Shown piece after piece: positions 51,946 to 62,422 of a stretch of DNA of 64,000 bases. Position 1 is the first letter of the stretch; each line of letters opens with the position of its first letter. A program made the position numbers and the translations under genes. Location of the stretch: the NCBI GenBank assembly GCA_964202905.1, contig CAXNJO010000011.1, positions 107,804-171,803 on the forward strand, read 5' to 3'. The notes beneath the pieces were generated by a model. The model saw only the letters and a program-made list of their open reading frames with translations. It had not been told where the DNA came from and made no database searches. The stretch is from Polyangiales bacterium (lineage in GTDB: Bacteria > Myxococcota_A > Polyangia > Polyangiales > JADJQN01).

Positions 51946-53163
51946 TCACTCGCCCCGGCAGTCGAGCGCGGTCGCGAGCAGGCGCGCGTGAGGGCGTGTC
52001 GCGGTGCCCCGTTCTCCGAGCACGAGCAGCGGGCCGGTGCGCGTGCAGCCGAGCGCGGCCTGCGCGATGGCGCGGCCGTCTTCGTAGATCTGCTGCTCGC
52101 GGCCGCGCGTCGCGAGGTCGGGGGTCAGGCGCGTGATGCCGACGAGCACGTCGCGCTGGTAGGTGCGCGGGGCGACCGCGAAGAGCGAGCCGGCGCAGGC
52201 CGCGAGCGAGGGGGCGCCGGGCCCGTTCGCGCGGGCGATGCGGCGGGGCGCGGCGAGCGGTTGGAGCCGCGCCCCGAGGCCGACGACGTACAGCCCCGAC
52301 TTGTCGCGGCGTCCCCGCGTGTCGCGGTACGCGAGGGCGAGACCGTCGGCGCCGACACTCGCGAGCTGCGGTGCCGGCGCGTCGTACGCGACCTCGGCGG
52401 CCTCGACCGCAGCGCCGCGGCCCGCGTCGACGAGGATCCGCCCAATCGTGCGGCCCGCGGCGTCGACGCCGAGCTCCGCCCAGGCCGCGACCGTGCGGCC
52501 CTCGTGGACGATGAGTGCCGGCCCCGTGCCGGGGAGGGCGTCGACGGAGACGGGGCGCGGCGCGACCGCGTCGCCCCAAGGCGCGCCGCTGGTGGCGCGG
52601 GGCACCTCTGCGCGCAGGATTCGCATGCGGCCGCCGCTCGCGTCCTGCCAGAGGAGCACGAGGTCGCGCGCCTCGGCGGCGAGCGCGACGCCGCGTGCCT
52701 CGCGTCCCGCGCTGCCGAAGGCGGCGTGCACCCTTGCCACGCCGCGCGCGACGCGCCAGAGCACGACGCCGCCGGCGTCGTCCTTCGCGGGGTTGCCGCG
52801 TCGCAGGCAGGCGATCCAGGTCGCGTCGGAGGTCCGTGTCGTCGCGAGCCCACCCGCGCACGCGGGGCCGAGTCGCAGCGCCGGGGCGCGTGGCGCGCCG
52901 TGCCCGTCGAGCGCGCGGACGAAGGTGCCGTCGCGGCTCGACCAGGCGACCTGCGCGGGCGGGTCGGGGGCGTCCGCGGGGGCGGTCGCGAGCGCGACGG
53001 CGTCGACCTGCGGCGACACCGCGGCGAGCAGATGTTCGGGGCCGAAGCGGCACGCCGAGGGGGGCGTGGTCTCGTGGCAGGCGAGGAGGCCGGGCAGGGC
53101 GGTCGCGAGCGCGAGTGCGGCGCCGAGGCGCGCCGGGGCCGCCCTCCCGCGCGCCGCGGTCAC
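51946..53163 (-). CDS. Hypothetical lipoprotein (beta-propeller-like repeats)
   Basis: LGAALALATALPGLLAC lipobox; recurring VAW/LLW/AAW/LAY strands; GTGA overlap with the upstream gene. Confidence 0.65.
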   Translation of the reverse strand: MTAARGRAAPARLGAALALATALPGLLACHETTPPSACRFGPEHLLAAVSPQVDAVALATAPADAPDPPAQVAWSSRDGTFVRALDGHGAPRAPALRLGPACAGGLATTRTSDATWIACLRRGNPAKDDAGGVVLWRVARGVARVHAAFGSAGREARGVALAAEARDLVLLWQDASGGRMRILRAEVPRATSGAPWGDAVAPRPVSVDALPGTGPALIVHEGRTVAAWAELGVDAAGRTIGRILVDAGRGAAVEAAEVAYDAPAPQLASVGADGLALAYRDTRGRRDKSGLYVVGLGARLQPLAAPRRIARANGPGAPSLAACAGSLFAVAPRTYQRDVLVGITRLTPDLATRGREQQIYEDGRAIAQAALGCTRTGPLLVLGERGTATRPHARLLATALDCRGE

Positions 53164-54278
53164 AAGACGCCGCGCGCGCGGAGCATCGCCTCGATCTCCG
53201 GGCGGCGGCGGGCGAGCTCGTCCGGGTCCTTGGCGGGCTGGAAGCGGCCCTCGACGCCGTAGCGCGGGACGTGGACGAAGGCGCTCGGGAGGAGCGCGGT
53301 CAGTTCGCCGACGAGGCGCTCGAACTGCACGGCGTCGCGGCCATCGACCTTCTTGCGCACGGCGAACCACGTGAGCGCGAAGTCGCGGTCGATCGCGGCG
53401 GCGTCGAGCGCGAGCGTGTTTGTGTTGAACACGGGGATGGCGTCCTGGTCGAAGGCCTCGGGGAAGCGGAAAGCCTCGACGATCTGGGGCTTTCCATCGA
53501 CGCGCGCGGGCGCGCCGCCCTTCTCGCCGGGCTCCTTGCCGGTGACCTCGGCGGTGACGGACGCGCCGCCCGCGAGGTGCGCACCGACCACCGCCGGGTC
53601 GAGCGCTGCCGCGAGGTTGTCGACGTTCGACATGAGCAGCGTGCGGCCGCCGGCGGCGCGGAAGCGCGCGAGCACGCCGGCGCTGCGCAGCGCGAAGGAG
53701 AGGTCTCCGTGGCCCGTGGCGTACGGGCTCGGCCGCCCCTCGTCGTCGAGGAAGAGTTCGCCCGTCGGCGTCAGGCGCAACGACACGTGCTGCGCGAAGG
53801 TCTCGGCCGGGGCGGCGATGCTCGTGTGCGCCCGCGCGAGCGCGGCGACGTCGTCGTCGGTGGCGAAGCTCGTCATGAGATAGACCGGGACGCGGCCGCC
53901 GAGCCGCTCGGCCGTGAGGCGCAGCTCGCTGAGCTTGAGGTCGAGGAAGCTGCGGCCGGGGAGCGCGTCGACGGCGGCCTTCACGACGCCGCCGAAGCGC
54001 GTCGCCATGCCGCCGGCGAGCACGACGGCGCCGACGTGTCCCGCGCGGATCGCGTCGCGGCCACGCGCGGCGAGCGACTCGTGCGCGGCGCTGCCGGGCG
54101 GGGGGAGGGGCGTCACGTCCTCGGGGGCGGGAGGGCTCACCAAGCCGTGCAGGCGGTTCTGCGCGTCGCCCGCGAGACCGTCACGGAGGCGCGCGCGCAG
54201 CGCCTCGAAGGTCGGCGCGTCGAAGCCGAAGCGGGTGAGGAGCGCCTGCGTCGCGTCGTCGACGTGCATGCCTTGCAT
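53160..54278 (-). CDS. UDP-sugar pyrophosphorylase, eukaryote-type UDPGP family
   Basis: VVLAGGMATRFGG..K, LMTSFAT, TGHGDL, SNVDNL, GEKGG, FNTN, RFQPAK. Start at ATG 54278 or 54269. Confidence 0.88.
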   Translation of the reverse strand: MQGMHVDDATQALLTRFGFDAPTFEALRARLRDGLAGDAQNRLHGLVSPPAPEDVTPLPPPGSAAHESLAARGRDAIRAGHVGAVVLAGGMATRFGGVVKAAVDALPGRSFLDLKLSELRLTAERLGGRVPVYLMTSFATDDDVAALARAHTSIAAPAETFAQHVSLRLTPTGELFLDDEGRPSPYATGHGDLSFALRSAGVLARFRAAGGRTLLMSNVDNLAAALDPAVVGAHLAGGASVTAEVTGKEPGEKGGAPARVDGKPQIVEAFRFPEAFDQDAIPVFNTNTLALDAAAIDRDFALTWFAVRKKVDGRDAVQFERLVGELTALLPSAFVHVPRYGVEGRFQPAKDPDELARRRPEIEAMLRARGVL

Positions 54279-54365
54279 CCGCGGAAACTCACCACCGTTG
54301 CCGCCGGATGTCCACCCTCGGCGCGACGCGCGGCCCGCGGTGTGCGGCTCGGCTACGCTGCGGCC

Positions 54366-55007
54366 GTGGCGAACTTCCTCCCGGCGGCGCTCGCGCTCGA
54401 GGGCGCGCGCGCGCTCGTGATCGGCGGCGACGACGAAGCGGTCGACAAGACGCAGCGGCTCGCGGCCGCAGGGGCGCGCGTCACGGTGTTCGCGGAGACC
54501 GTCCTCCCTGCGCTCGCCGGACTCGCCGCGCGGGGCGCGATCCGCTGGTACGCGCGGGCGTTCGATCCCGACGACGCGCGCGGCGTGCGCGTCGTCGTGC
54601 TCGCACCGCGCGACGAGGCGCTCGCCCGGGCGCTGCAAGCGCAGGCCCGGCGCGACGGGTTCTGGCTGAGCGCGATCGACCAGCCGCGCTACTGCGACTT
54701 CGTGTGGGTGTCGGTCGCGCAGGCCGGGCCCGTGCAGATCGCGCTCTCGTCCGGGGGGACCGCGCCGGCGCTGCTGAAGCGGCTCCGCGCCGAGCTCGTG
54801 CGGGTCTTCGATGCGCGTTTCGCGTCGTTCGCGGCGCGCGTGGCGGCCGCCCGCGGGGAGCTCGAGGGGCTGTCGTTGCCGGCGCGGCGCGCGCGGATGG
54901 CGGCGCTGCTCGAGGGCTTCGCGCTCGACGCGCGCGTGCGCTACCCGGACTGGGAGGCCGCGCCGGATAGCGATCGGGGCCCCGCGGCCGTAGATCCCAC
55001 GGCGTGA
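54366..55007 (+). CDS. Precorrin-2 dehydrogenase/ferrochelatase (SirC / CysG N-terminal type, stand-alone)
   Basis: L.G.RALVIGG..EA..K...L..AGARVTV, IDQPRYCDF, IALSSGGTAPAL; no methyltransferase domain. Confidence 0.88.
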   Translation: MANFLPAALALEGARALVIGGDDEAVDKTQRLAAAGARVTVFAETVLPALAGLAARGAIRWYARAFDPDDARGVRVVVLAPRDEALARALQAQARRDGFWLSAIDQPRYCDFVWVSVAQAGPVQIALSSGGTAPALLKRLRAELVRVFDARFASFAARVAAARGELEGLSLPARRARMAALLEGFALDARVRYPDWEAAPDSDRGPAAVDPTA

Positions 55008-56861
55008 CGACGTCGCCCGGCAGCGCCGCGCCGACCTCGCGCCTCCGGCGCTGGGCGACGCCTGCGCTCGCGGTGTTCGGCGTGTCGCTGCTCGTCTCGG
55101 CGCTCGTGCACCTGCAGGTGTTCGGCGCGCTCGGCGTGCTCGCGCCGTCCGCGCGGCCGCGGCCCACGGCGCGTCCGGTGGAGGTCACCTTCGAGGTCGC
55201 CGCCGGGCCCTTGCCGCCGGATGCGGTGCGTCCGCCGGACGAGGCCGCCACGCCCGACGTCGTGGCCGGCGTGGCCGCCGTGGCCCCGTCTCCCGCAGCG
55301 CCGCCCGCCCCCGGCGCCGCCCCCGACCCGCGCACCCGAGCGCCGCCCGCCCCCGCCGCCCCCGGAGGTCGCACGGGTCGCTCCGCCGCCCGTCGTCGCC
55401 CCGCCGCCGCCTGCGCCACCCCCGCCGCCCGTGAGCGCCGACCGACGCCAGTCGATCACGCAGCGGAGCGACGACCCGAGCGTCCCGCCCCCGCCCGAGG
55501 CGCGCTTCCTCGCGGAGCAGAGCCGCCATGTCGAGGAGGAGACGGTCGCCGCGCTCCGCAACCATCAGGAGGACGACCCCGAGCCCACGCCCGGTCGCGC
55601 GCGCCCGACCGCCGATCCGGCGGAGGGCAACGCCGACGAGACGGACTCCGCCGACATGCGCGACCGCGCAGGGCACGAGGAGCGCACCGCGACGCGCGCG
55701 GAGGCGTCGGAGGACCGGCCGCGGGACCCCGAGGTGCGTCCGCCGCCCCGCGTCGTCGCCCGCGGCGACACCACGCCGAGCGGTCCGGATCGCCGCAGCG
55801 CGGGCGCGGACGAGGGGAGCACCGCGGCGCGCGCGGGGCGTTTGGCGGTGGCCGGGGGCGGCGAGGATCGCACCCCGGCGATGGTCGTCATCCATGATGG
55901 TATGGGTACGTTTCGCATCCCCGTGTCGTCGCGCGCGGCGCGGGGGCGGGCGTCGGGGCGCTCGGTGGGATCGCGACGCCCGGCAGCGGGCGCGCGGCGA
56001 GCGGCGAGCGGCGCGTCGGGTGGCGGCGCGCGGGCGGGGGAGGGCGCGGGCGCGGCACGGGCGCCGAGGGCGCGGACCTGCGCGTGTCGTGGAGCCTGCT
56101 CGAGGACACTCGGTCACGTCGCGCTCGCCGAGGAGCGCGAGGCGTACGTGCGGGAGCGCCGCTCGCGCGCGCGGGGCTCCAACCGCGAGCAGAACTGGCG
56201 CGACTTCCGCGCGGCCATCGAGAACTACGTGCCCGGCGTCCGCACCGGCAACCAGACGGCGCTCAACGCCGCGGCCTCGCCCTTTGCGGCCTACCTCGCG
56301 GAGGTGCACCGCCGCATCCACCGTCAGTTCGCCGACCGCTTCCTGCCGAGTCTGCCCGTGAACCTCGGGGAGCTCGCCGATCGTTCGCTCCGCACCAAGC
56401 TCGAGCTGATCTTCAACCCCGACGGCACGATGCACCGCGTCGGCGTGATCGAGACGAGCGGCTACACGCCGTTCGACTACGGCGCGTTCGAGGCCGTCAT
56501 GCGCGGGCAGCCGTACCCCGAGGCGCCCGCGGCGATCCGCAGCGGCGACGGCCGCGTCTACGTGCGCTGGGCGTTCTTCCGGAGCGAGCGTCAGTGCGGC
56601 ACGTTCAACGCGGAGCCGTACATCCTCCCGCACCCGCCCGGCACGCCGCGGTCCGGACCGGGCTCGCTCATCGATCGGCCCGACGAGGGGGGCGTCATCC
56701 CGGGGGCCGCGCCCGTGGCGCCCGAGACCGGTCGCGCTGCGCCCGCAGGGCCGACGCCCGCGCCCGGAGCGCCCACGGACGGCGACGGCGCGCTCGGCGT
56801 CCGTGAGCGCGGCGGGACCGGACCGCTCGCGACCGCCCCGCCGCTGGCAGCGCGTCCATGA
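55004..56861 (+). CDS. TonB/TolA-like energy transducer with apparent frameshifts
   Basis: N-terminal TM (SLLVSALVH) in frame 55004. The Pro-rich linker and C-terminal TonB-like domain (YLAEVHRRIH, NPDG, TSG..PFD..A..AV..QPYP) are in frame 55221. Confidence 0.75.
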
Positions 56862-56971
56862 CCGCGGCGTGACGCAACGCTGACCACCGCGCGGGAAGAC
56901 GCCGCGCTGCCCGCGGGTCGAAGTGTGCGAGGGTTCGGCGGGGTAGTCCGCCCGGGCGCCCGAGGAGCTGG

Positions 56972-59900
56972 ATGGAGGATCTTTTCTTCGCGAGCCTGGG
57001 GCTCCTGGTCTGCGTCTCGCCGTTCGTCGCGCTCATCGCCCTGGCGATGTTCCTGCGTCGCAGGAGCGCGGGCGCGGCGCGGATCGATGAGCTCGAGGTC
57101 GAGGTCGCGCGGCTGCGGGGTGATCTGCACTTGCTCGCGGCGCGGGTCGGGCAGGCGCAAGCGCGCGCGGAGGCCGAGCGCGTCGAAGGCGTCGCGCGCG
57201 CCTCCGAAGTGCTGACGCGCGTCCCCGCGGCCATGCCGGTCGCGCCCGCGGCCATGCCGGTCGCGCCCGAGGCGACGGCGCGTGCGGCCGGCGTGCCGGA
57301 GGGCATGGCGAACGTCGAGGGGGCGCCGACGTCCGCGACGTCGATCGCGTCCGATGTGCTGGAAGAGCCCGTGGTTGCAGGGGAATCCGCTGGCGTGCGG
57401 GTCGCGCCGGGCGCTGCGCCGGTCGCTGGGCCGGTCGCGCCGGAGGTCGCGGCCGTGGACGCCGGTTCGGCGGACGCGTGGCCGACGGCGCCGGTGCCCT
57501 CCGAAGCGGTCCCGGCGCGGCCGCCCGCATCGCCGCCCGCGTCGTCCGGGCAAGAGGGGGGACTCGAGCGCTGGCTGGGCGTGCGCGGTGCGGCCGTGCT
57601 CGGCGCGTTCATCCTCGTGCTCGCCGGGTTCTACTTCTTCCAGTACTCGATCACGCACGGGCTGATCGGGCCGCTGATGCGCATCGTGCTCGGCACGCTC
57701 GTCGGCGTGGGCGCGATCGTCGTCTCGGAGTGGCCGCTGCGCGCGCGCTCGCCGGCGCTCTCGAACGCGCTCGCCTGGGCGGGCGTCGGGGTGCTCTACA
57801 CCGCGTTCTGGGCGGCACACGCGGTCTTCCACCTCGTGCCCGCGGGCGTCGCGGGGCTGCTGCTCGTGCTGGTGACCGCGGCGTGTGCGCTGCTCTCGAT
57901 GCGCCGCGACGCGCCGTCGATCGCGGTGCTCGGCCTGCTCGGCGGCTTCGCGACGCCGCTCGCCGTGAGCACCGGCGCGGATCGCCCGCTCCCGCTCTTC
58001 TCGTACCTGCTGCTGCTCGACGTCGCGCTCCTCGTGCTCGCACGCAAGAAGCGCTGGCCCCTCCTCGCCGTCGGGGCGCTCGCCGCGACGGGGCTCTACC
58101 AGCTGCTCTGGCTGTTCGTGCGCATGGACGCGCCGCGCACCTGGCTCGGGGTCGCCATCGTCGTCGGCTTCGCGCTGCTCTTCGCCGCATTCCCGTTCGC
58201 GGTCGGTGCGCGCGCCGGGGACGCGCGCGAGGGCGGTGCGTCCGGCGAGGGGCGCGCGACCGTGCTCGCGTTGCGCGTGGGGGCGGTGGCGTTGCCCTTC
58301 CTGCTGGCGCTCTCGTTCGCCACGCGCGCGTGGCTCGGCGATCGGCTCTGGGAGACCGGCGCGCTCGTGGTCGTGCTCTCGCTCGGCGCGGCGATCGTCG
58401 GCCATCGTGAGCGCCTCGCGTGGATCGGCCTCGGCGCCGTCGGCGGCGGGCTCGGCCTGCTCGCGGTGTGGTTGCTGCAACACCGCCTCGCGCTCGACAC
58501 CACCTGGCAGCTCTCGGGCACCCTGGTGCTCGTGACGGGCGCCCACCAGATCGGGCTGGAGCTCGCGCGGCGCAGGGACGGCGCAGGGCACGGCGTCCTG
58601 GCGCCGTGGGTCTCCGCGGCGGCGGCTTCGCTCGGTGCGATGGCGCTCCTCGGTCTCGCCGGCGCGACGCTGCACACCACGGAGGGCGCGTCGGCGCTTG
58701 CCCGGCTCGCGCCGCACGTCGTGGGTCAGGCGCTGCTTGCGGTGTTCGCGGTGCGGCAGGCGGGGTTCGCAGGGCGCTCGCTCCTGCACCTCGCCCTCGG
58801 CGTGGTGCTGTCGATCGCGCTGATCATCCTCGACCTCGCGAGCACCGCGGGCGCTGGCTTCCCGGAGGGGCTCACGACGGGTCTGCTCGTCGCGGGCTGC
58901 GTCGCGCTCGGGCTCGTGGCCGCCGGGCGGCGCCGTCCGGAGGCCCGCGGACACGCGGACCTCGGCGCCGCGGTGGCAGCGGCGCTCGGCCTGCTCGGGC
59001 TCGCGGCTCGCGCCTACACGCTCGCGACGTGGGTCTTCCTCGGGGCGGCGGTCGTGCTCGCGATTCTCGCGTTGCTCGCGGCGGCGCGCCGCGGGTCGGG
59101 CGGCGCCGCGATCGGTGGGCTCCTCGCCGCGGGCGTCGCGTTCGGCGCGCGCACGAGCCTGGTGCCCTGGCGCGCCTCGCTCGCGGCCGAGCTCGTGACG
59201 ATGGGTGGGCTCGTGCTGCTCTTCGCGGGCTGGCCCGTGCTCGCGGGGCCGCGCTACCGCGCGCGGGCGTCGTCCTGGCGGGCCGCCGCGCTGCCCGGGC
59301 TCGTGCTCTTCCTGCCCATGCGCGTCGCGTGGCTCCGCGTGCTCGGCGACGGCTACATGGGCGCGCTCGCGGTCGGGCTCGGCGTTGTCGCGCTCGGGGC
59401 CGCGCTGCTCGCACGCCGCGTGGGGCCGACGGATCCGGCGCAGCGCCGCGCGTCGATCGTCTGGCTCGCCGCCGCGACGGCGACCTTCGTCACGCTGGCC
59501 GTGCCGCTTCAACTCGAGAACGAGTGGCTCACGATCGGCTGGGCGCTCGAGGCCGTCGCGCTGCTCGCGCTCGAGCGTCGCCTCGATCACGCGGGGCTGC
59601 GCTGGCTCGCGATGGCGCTCTTCGCGGCGGTCGCGGCGCGCTTGCTGACGAACCCGTACGTGCTCGGTTACTACGCGCGCGGCGACGTGCGCATCGTCAA
59701 CTGGCTCTCGTACACGTACCTCGTGCCGGCCGCGTGCCTGCTCGCGGGCTGGGCGCTGCTCGGGCCGACGGAGCTCGCGCGGCGCCGCCCGTGGGAGCGT
59801 GGGCTGCTGCCCGAGCGGCCCGTGCTGGCGCCGATCCTCGCGACGGGCGCGCTGCTCGCCGTCTTCGCCTGGATCAACCTCACCATCGTCGATTGGTACG

Positions 59901-60217
59901 CGACCGGGCCGCGCCTCTCGATCCCGACGGAGCGCATGCCGGCGCGCGATCTGACCCTCTCGATCGCGTGGGCGCTCTACGCCCTCGTGCTCCTCGGGCT
60001 CGGCCTGTGGCGCGCGTCGACGGCCGCGCGCTTCGCGAGTCTCGGGCTCCTCGTTGTCACGTGTGGCAAGGTTTTCTTGTATGATCTCGGGCACTTGCGT
60101 GACCTCTATCGCGTCGCGGCGCTCGTCGGTCTCGCCCTCTCACTGCTGTTCGTGAGCCTCGTGTATTCGCGTCTCCTGTTCCGCGTGAACGCGGGCGGGA
60201 AGGAAGGACGTCCGTGA
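56972..60217 (+). CDS. DUF2339-type polytopic membrane protein
   Basis: LERWLG....AVLG..IL.L...YF..Y.I..GLIGP..R, AVLGLLGGFATP, LF.YLLLL, LSIAW..YA..LL.LG, KVFLYDL..L..LYRV; many TM helices. Confidence 0.85.
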   Translation: MEDLFFASLGLLVCVSPFVALIALAMFLRRRSAGAARIDELEVEVARLRGDLHLLAARVGQAQARAEAERVEGVARASEVLTRVPAAMPVAPAAMPVAPEATARAAGVPEGMANVEGAPTSATSIASDVLEEPVVAGESAGVRVAPGAAPVAGPVAPEVAAVDAGSADAWPTAPVPSEAVPARPPASPPASSGQEGGLERWLGVRGAAVLGAFILVLAGFYFFQYSITHGLIGPLMRIVLGTLVGVGAIVVSEWPLRARSPALSNALAWAGVGVLYTAFWAAHAVFHLVPAGVAGLLLVLVTAACALLSMRRDAPSIAVLGLLGGFATPLAVSTGADRPLPLFSYLLLLDVALLVLARKKRWPLLAVGALAATGLYQLLWLFVRMDAPRTWLGVAIVVGFALLFAAFPFAVGARAGDAREGGASGEGRATVLALRVGAVALPFLLALSFATRAWLGDRLWETGALVVVLSLGAAIVGHRERLAWIGLGAVGGGLGLLAVWLLQHRLALDTTWQLSGTLVLVTGAHQIGLELARRRDGAGHGVLAPWVSAAAASLGAMALLGLAGATLHTTEGASALARLAPHVVGQALLAVFAVRQAGFAGRSLLHLALGVVLSIALIILDLASTAGAGFPEGLTTGLLVAGCVALGLVAAGRRRPEARGHADLGAAVAAALGLLGLAARAYTLATWVFLGAAVVLAILALLAAARRGSGGAAIGGLLAAGVAFGARTSLVPWRASLAAELVTMGGLVLLFAGWPVLAGPRYRARASSWRAAALPGLVLFLPMRVAWLRVLGDGYMGALAVGLGVVALGAALLARRVGPTDPAQRRASIVWLAAATATFVTLAVPLQLENEWLTIGWALEAVALLALERRLDHAGLRWLAMALFAAVAARLLTNPYVLGYYARGDVRIVNWLSYTYLVPAACLLAGWALLGPTELARRRPWERGLLPERPVLAPILATGALLAVFAWINLTIVDWYATGPRLSIPTERMPARDLTLSIAWALYALVLLGLGLWRASTAARFASLGLLVVTCGKVFLYDLGHLRDLYRVAALVGLALSLLFVSLVYSRLLFRVNAGGKEGRP
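57224..57269. repeat. 21-bp tandem duplication (PAAMPVA x2) in the DUF2339 linker
   Basis: cccgcggccatgccggtcgcg twice in tandem. Confidence 0.85.
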
Positions 60218-62355
60218 CCCGCTCGCGTTTCGCGATCCCGCTCCTCGTCATCGCAGCCGCCTGGGTCGCCGCGCGCGCGCCCGTCTCTGCGCAGGAGACC
60301 GAGCTTGCGCGGCTCTTCCCGCGGGAGCTCGTCGTCGAGGCGCCCGCCGGTCCGGCGCGGCTCGCGGTGCCGGCGGAGGTCCTCGCCGCGGCGCGCGCCG
60401 ATCTCTCCGACGTGCGGCTCTTCGACGCGCGGGGCGCGGAGGTCCCGTACCTCGTCGAGAGCGCCGCGCGCGGCGCCGCCGTCCCGCCCGCGTCCATCCC
60501 CGCGCCGCCGATCGGGGCGACCCGTCGCAGCGTCGGCACGCGGGTGAGCGAGACCTTCGATCTCGCGGTGCCGCCGGACGCCGGGCAGGCGAACGGGCTC
60601 GCGCTCACCGTCGCGGCCGCGAACTTCGTGCGGAGCGTCCGGGTCGTGGCCGTCCCGCAGTCGCCCGGCGCCGCGGAGGTCGTGCTCGCGGAGGGCACCA
60701 TCTTCCGGTTCCAGGCGCCGCTCCGCGAGCAACTCTCGCTCGCGCTCCCGGCCGTGCCCGTGGGCACGCGCGCGCTGCGTGTCGCGATCGAGGGGCAGGC
60801 GGGCGGGTTCTTCCCTGGCGCGTACGCGGGGGCGCTCGAGCCCGTGTTCCGCTACGAGCCGCGGGGTGCGCCCAGCGATCCGCCGACGCTCGCGGTGCCG
60901 CTCACGGTGCGTGAGACGCGCCGCGCCGCGGGGCGCACGGAGCTCGTCGTCGCGCTGCCGCTCGGGCTGCGCGCGGATCGCGTGCGGCTCGTGACCGCGA
61001 CGCCCAACTTCGCCCGCACCCTGCGCGTCTCGGACGCGCAGGGGGACCTCGGCACGGGCGACGTCTTCCGCGTCGAGGCGCTGCGGGCGCTCGGCGGTGA
61101 GCGCCTCGAGATCGCGATCGAGGCGCCGCGGGGCGACGCGCTCACGGTCGTCGTCGAGGACGGAGACTCGCCGCCGCTCGCCGGGCTCGTCGTGGTGGCC
61201 GTCGTGCGGCAGCCCGCGCTCGTCTTCTTCGCCGACGGGGAGCCGCTCACGCTGCGCTTCGGGGGCGGGCGCGTGCGGGCGCCCCGCTACGACCTCGCGG
61301 CCCTCGAGCCGCTCGGCCTCGGGCGCGCCCTACGGGAGGGCGAGGCGCTGCAGGAGGCGATCGCCGCAGCGGCGCGCGCGAACCCGCGCTTTCAGGCGGG
61401 CCCGGCGCTCGGCTTCCTCGCGCGGCCGGGGACGGTGCTCGACGCGTCGCGTTTCACGCACGCCGCGGACATCGTCGTGGGGGAAGCGGGCGAGGGGATC
61501 GTGCGCGTGCGTCTGCCCGCCGCGGCGATGGCCCTCGTCCGGGGCGACCTCGGCGACGTCCGTGTCGTCGACGCCGATGGGCGGCAGTGGCCGTACGTGG
61601 AGGCGGTCGGCCTGCGTCCAGGGGTCACGCTGCCGCTCGTCGTCGGCCCCCCGGTGCGCGATGGGCGCGAGACGCGCTACGCGCTCGGTCTCCCGGTGCG
61701 CGCGGCGCATGCGCGCTCGCTGCGCCTCGACCTCGAGGCCCGCTTCACGGAGCGCCCGTTCACGCTGCGCGGGCGCGACGACGCCGGCCGCGAGCACGAG
61801 ATCCTGCGGGGAGCGCTCGCCCGTGAGCCCGGCGAGTCGGGCGCGATCGAGCGGACGCTCGGGGGGCTGCGGGTGCAGGACCTCTCGCTCGTGGTCGAGG
61901 ACGGGGACGACGCGCCGCTCGTCGTGCGTGGCGCCACGGTCGACGCGGAACTCGCCGAGATCCTCGTCGCCGCGCCGCCCGGCCGCTACCGGCTGCTCGT
62001 GGGCGCGGAGGACGCCGCGTCGCCCGCGTACGAGCTGGCGCGGGCCCGCGAGCTGGTCGATGCGGTGCCGATCGTCGCGGCCACGGTCGGGCGGCTCGCG
62101 AAGAACGCCTCCTTCCGCGCGCCCGGCCTGCTCGAGCGGAGCGGCTGGGAGTCGCTCGCGCTCTGGGCGGCGCTCGGCCTCGCGGTGCTCGTGCTCGGTG
62201 GCCTGACGCTGCGGCTCGCGCGGCAAGAGGGCGAGGCGCAACCCGCCGCGGCGCCGTCGACGGCGGGCGCTGCCGAGGCGCGCGCGGCGAGCGACGTGGC
62301 GGCGTCGGAGCCTGCCGCGTCCGACGCGGATCCCTCGAGCGCGCCGCGGGGCTGA
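60214..62355 (+). CDS. DUF3999-like exported protein with an internal duplication and a C-terminal membrane anchor
   Basis: Signal peptide; DL.DVR..DA.G...PY, VEDGD..PL and P.Y(D/E)LA each occur twice; TM LWAALGLAVLVLGGL; GTGA overlap with the DUF2339 gene. Confidence 0.75.
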   Translation: MTRSRFAIPLLVIAAAWVAARAPVSAQETELARLFPRELVVEAPAGPARLAVPAEVLAAARADLSDVRLFDARGAEVPYLVESAARGAAVPPASIPAPPIGATRRSVGTRVSETFDLAVPPDAGQANGLALTVAAANFVRSVRVVAVPQSPGAAEVVLAEGTIFRFQAPLREQLSLALPAVPVGTRALRVAIEGQAGGFFPGAYAGALEPVFRYEPRGAPSDPPTLAVPLTVRETRRAAGRTELVVALPLGLRADRVRLVTATPNFARTLRVSDAQGDLGTGDVFRVEALRALGGERLEIAIEAPRGDALTVVVEDGDSPPLAGLVVVAVVRQPALVFFADGEPLTLRFGGGRVRAPRYDLAALEPLGLGRALREGEALQEAIAAAARANPRFQAGPALGFLARPGTVLDASRFTHAADIVVGEAGEGIVRVRLPAAAMALVRGDLGDVRVVDADGRQWPYVEAVGLRPGVTLPLVVGPPVRDGRETRYALGLPVRAAHARSLRLDLEARFTERPFTLRGRDDAGREHEILRGALAREPGESGAIERTLGGLRVQDLSLVVEDGDDAPLVVRGATVDAELAEILVAAPPGRYRLLVGAEDAASPAYELARARELVDAVPIVAATVGRLAKNASFRAPGLLERSGWESLALWAALGLAVLVLGGLTLRLARQEGEAQPAAAPSTAGAAEARAASDVAASEPAASDADPSSAPRG

Positions 62356-62422
62356 GCACGCACGCGGACGGCGACGCGTCCACGGCGCTCGTGCCCGGCG
62401 CGCCCTGTGTCACCCTCGCGCG

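Noticed and set aside
55290..55345. Programmed frameshift or phase variation in the TonB-like gene
   Set aside because: No canonical slippery site is evident, several indels are needed, and nanopore error is the simpler explanation.
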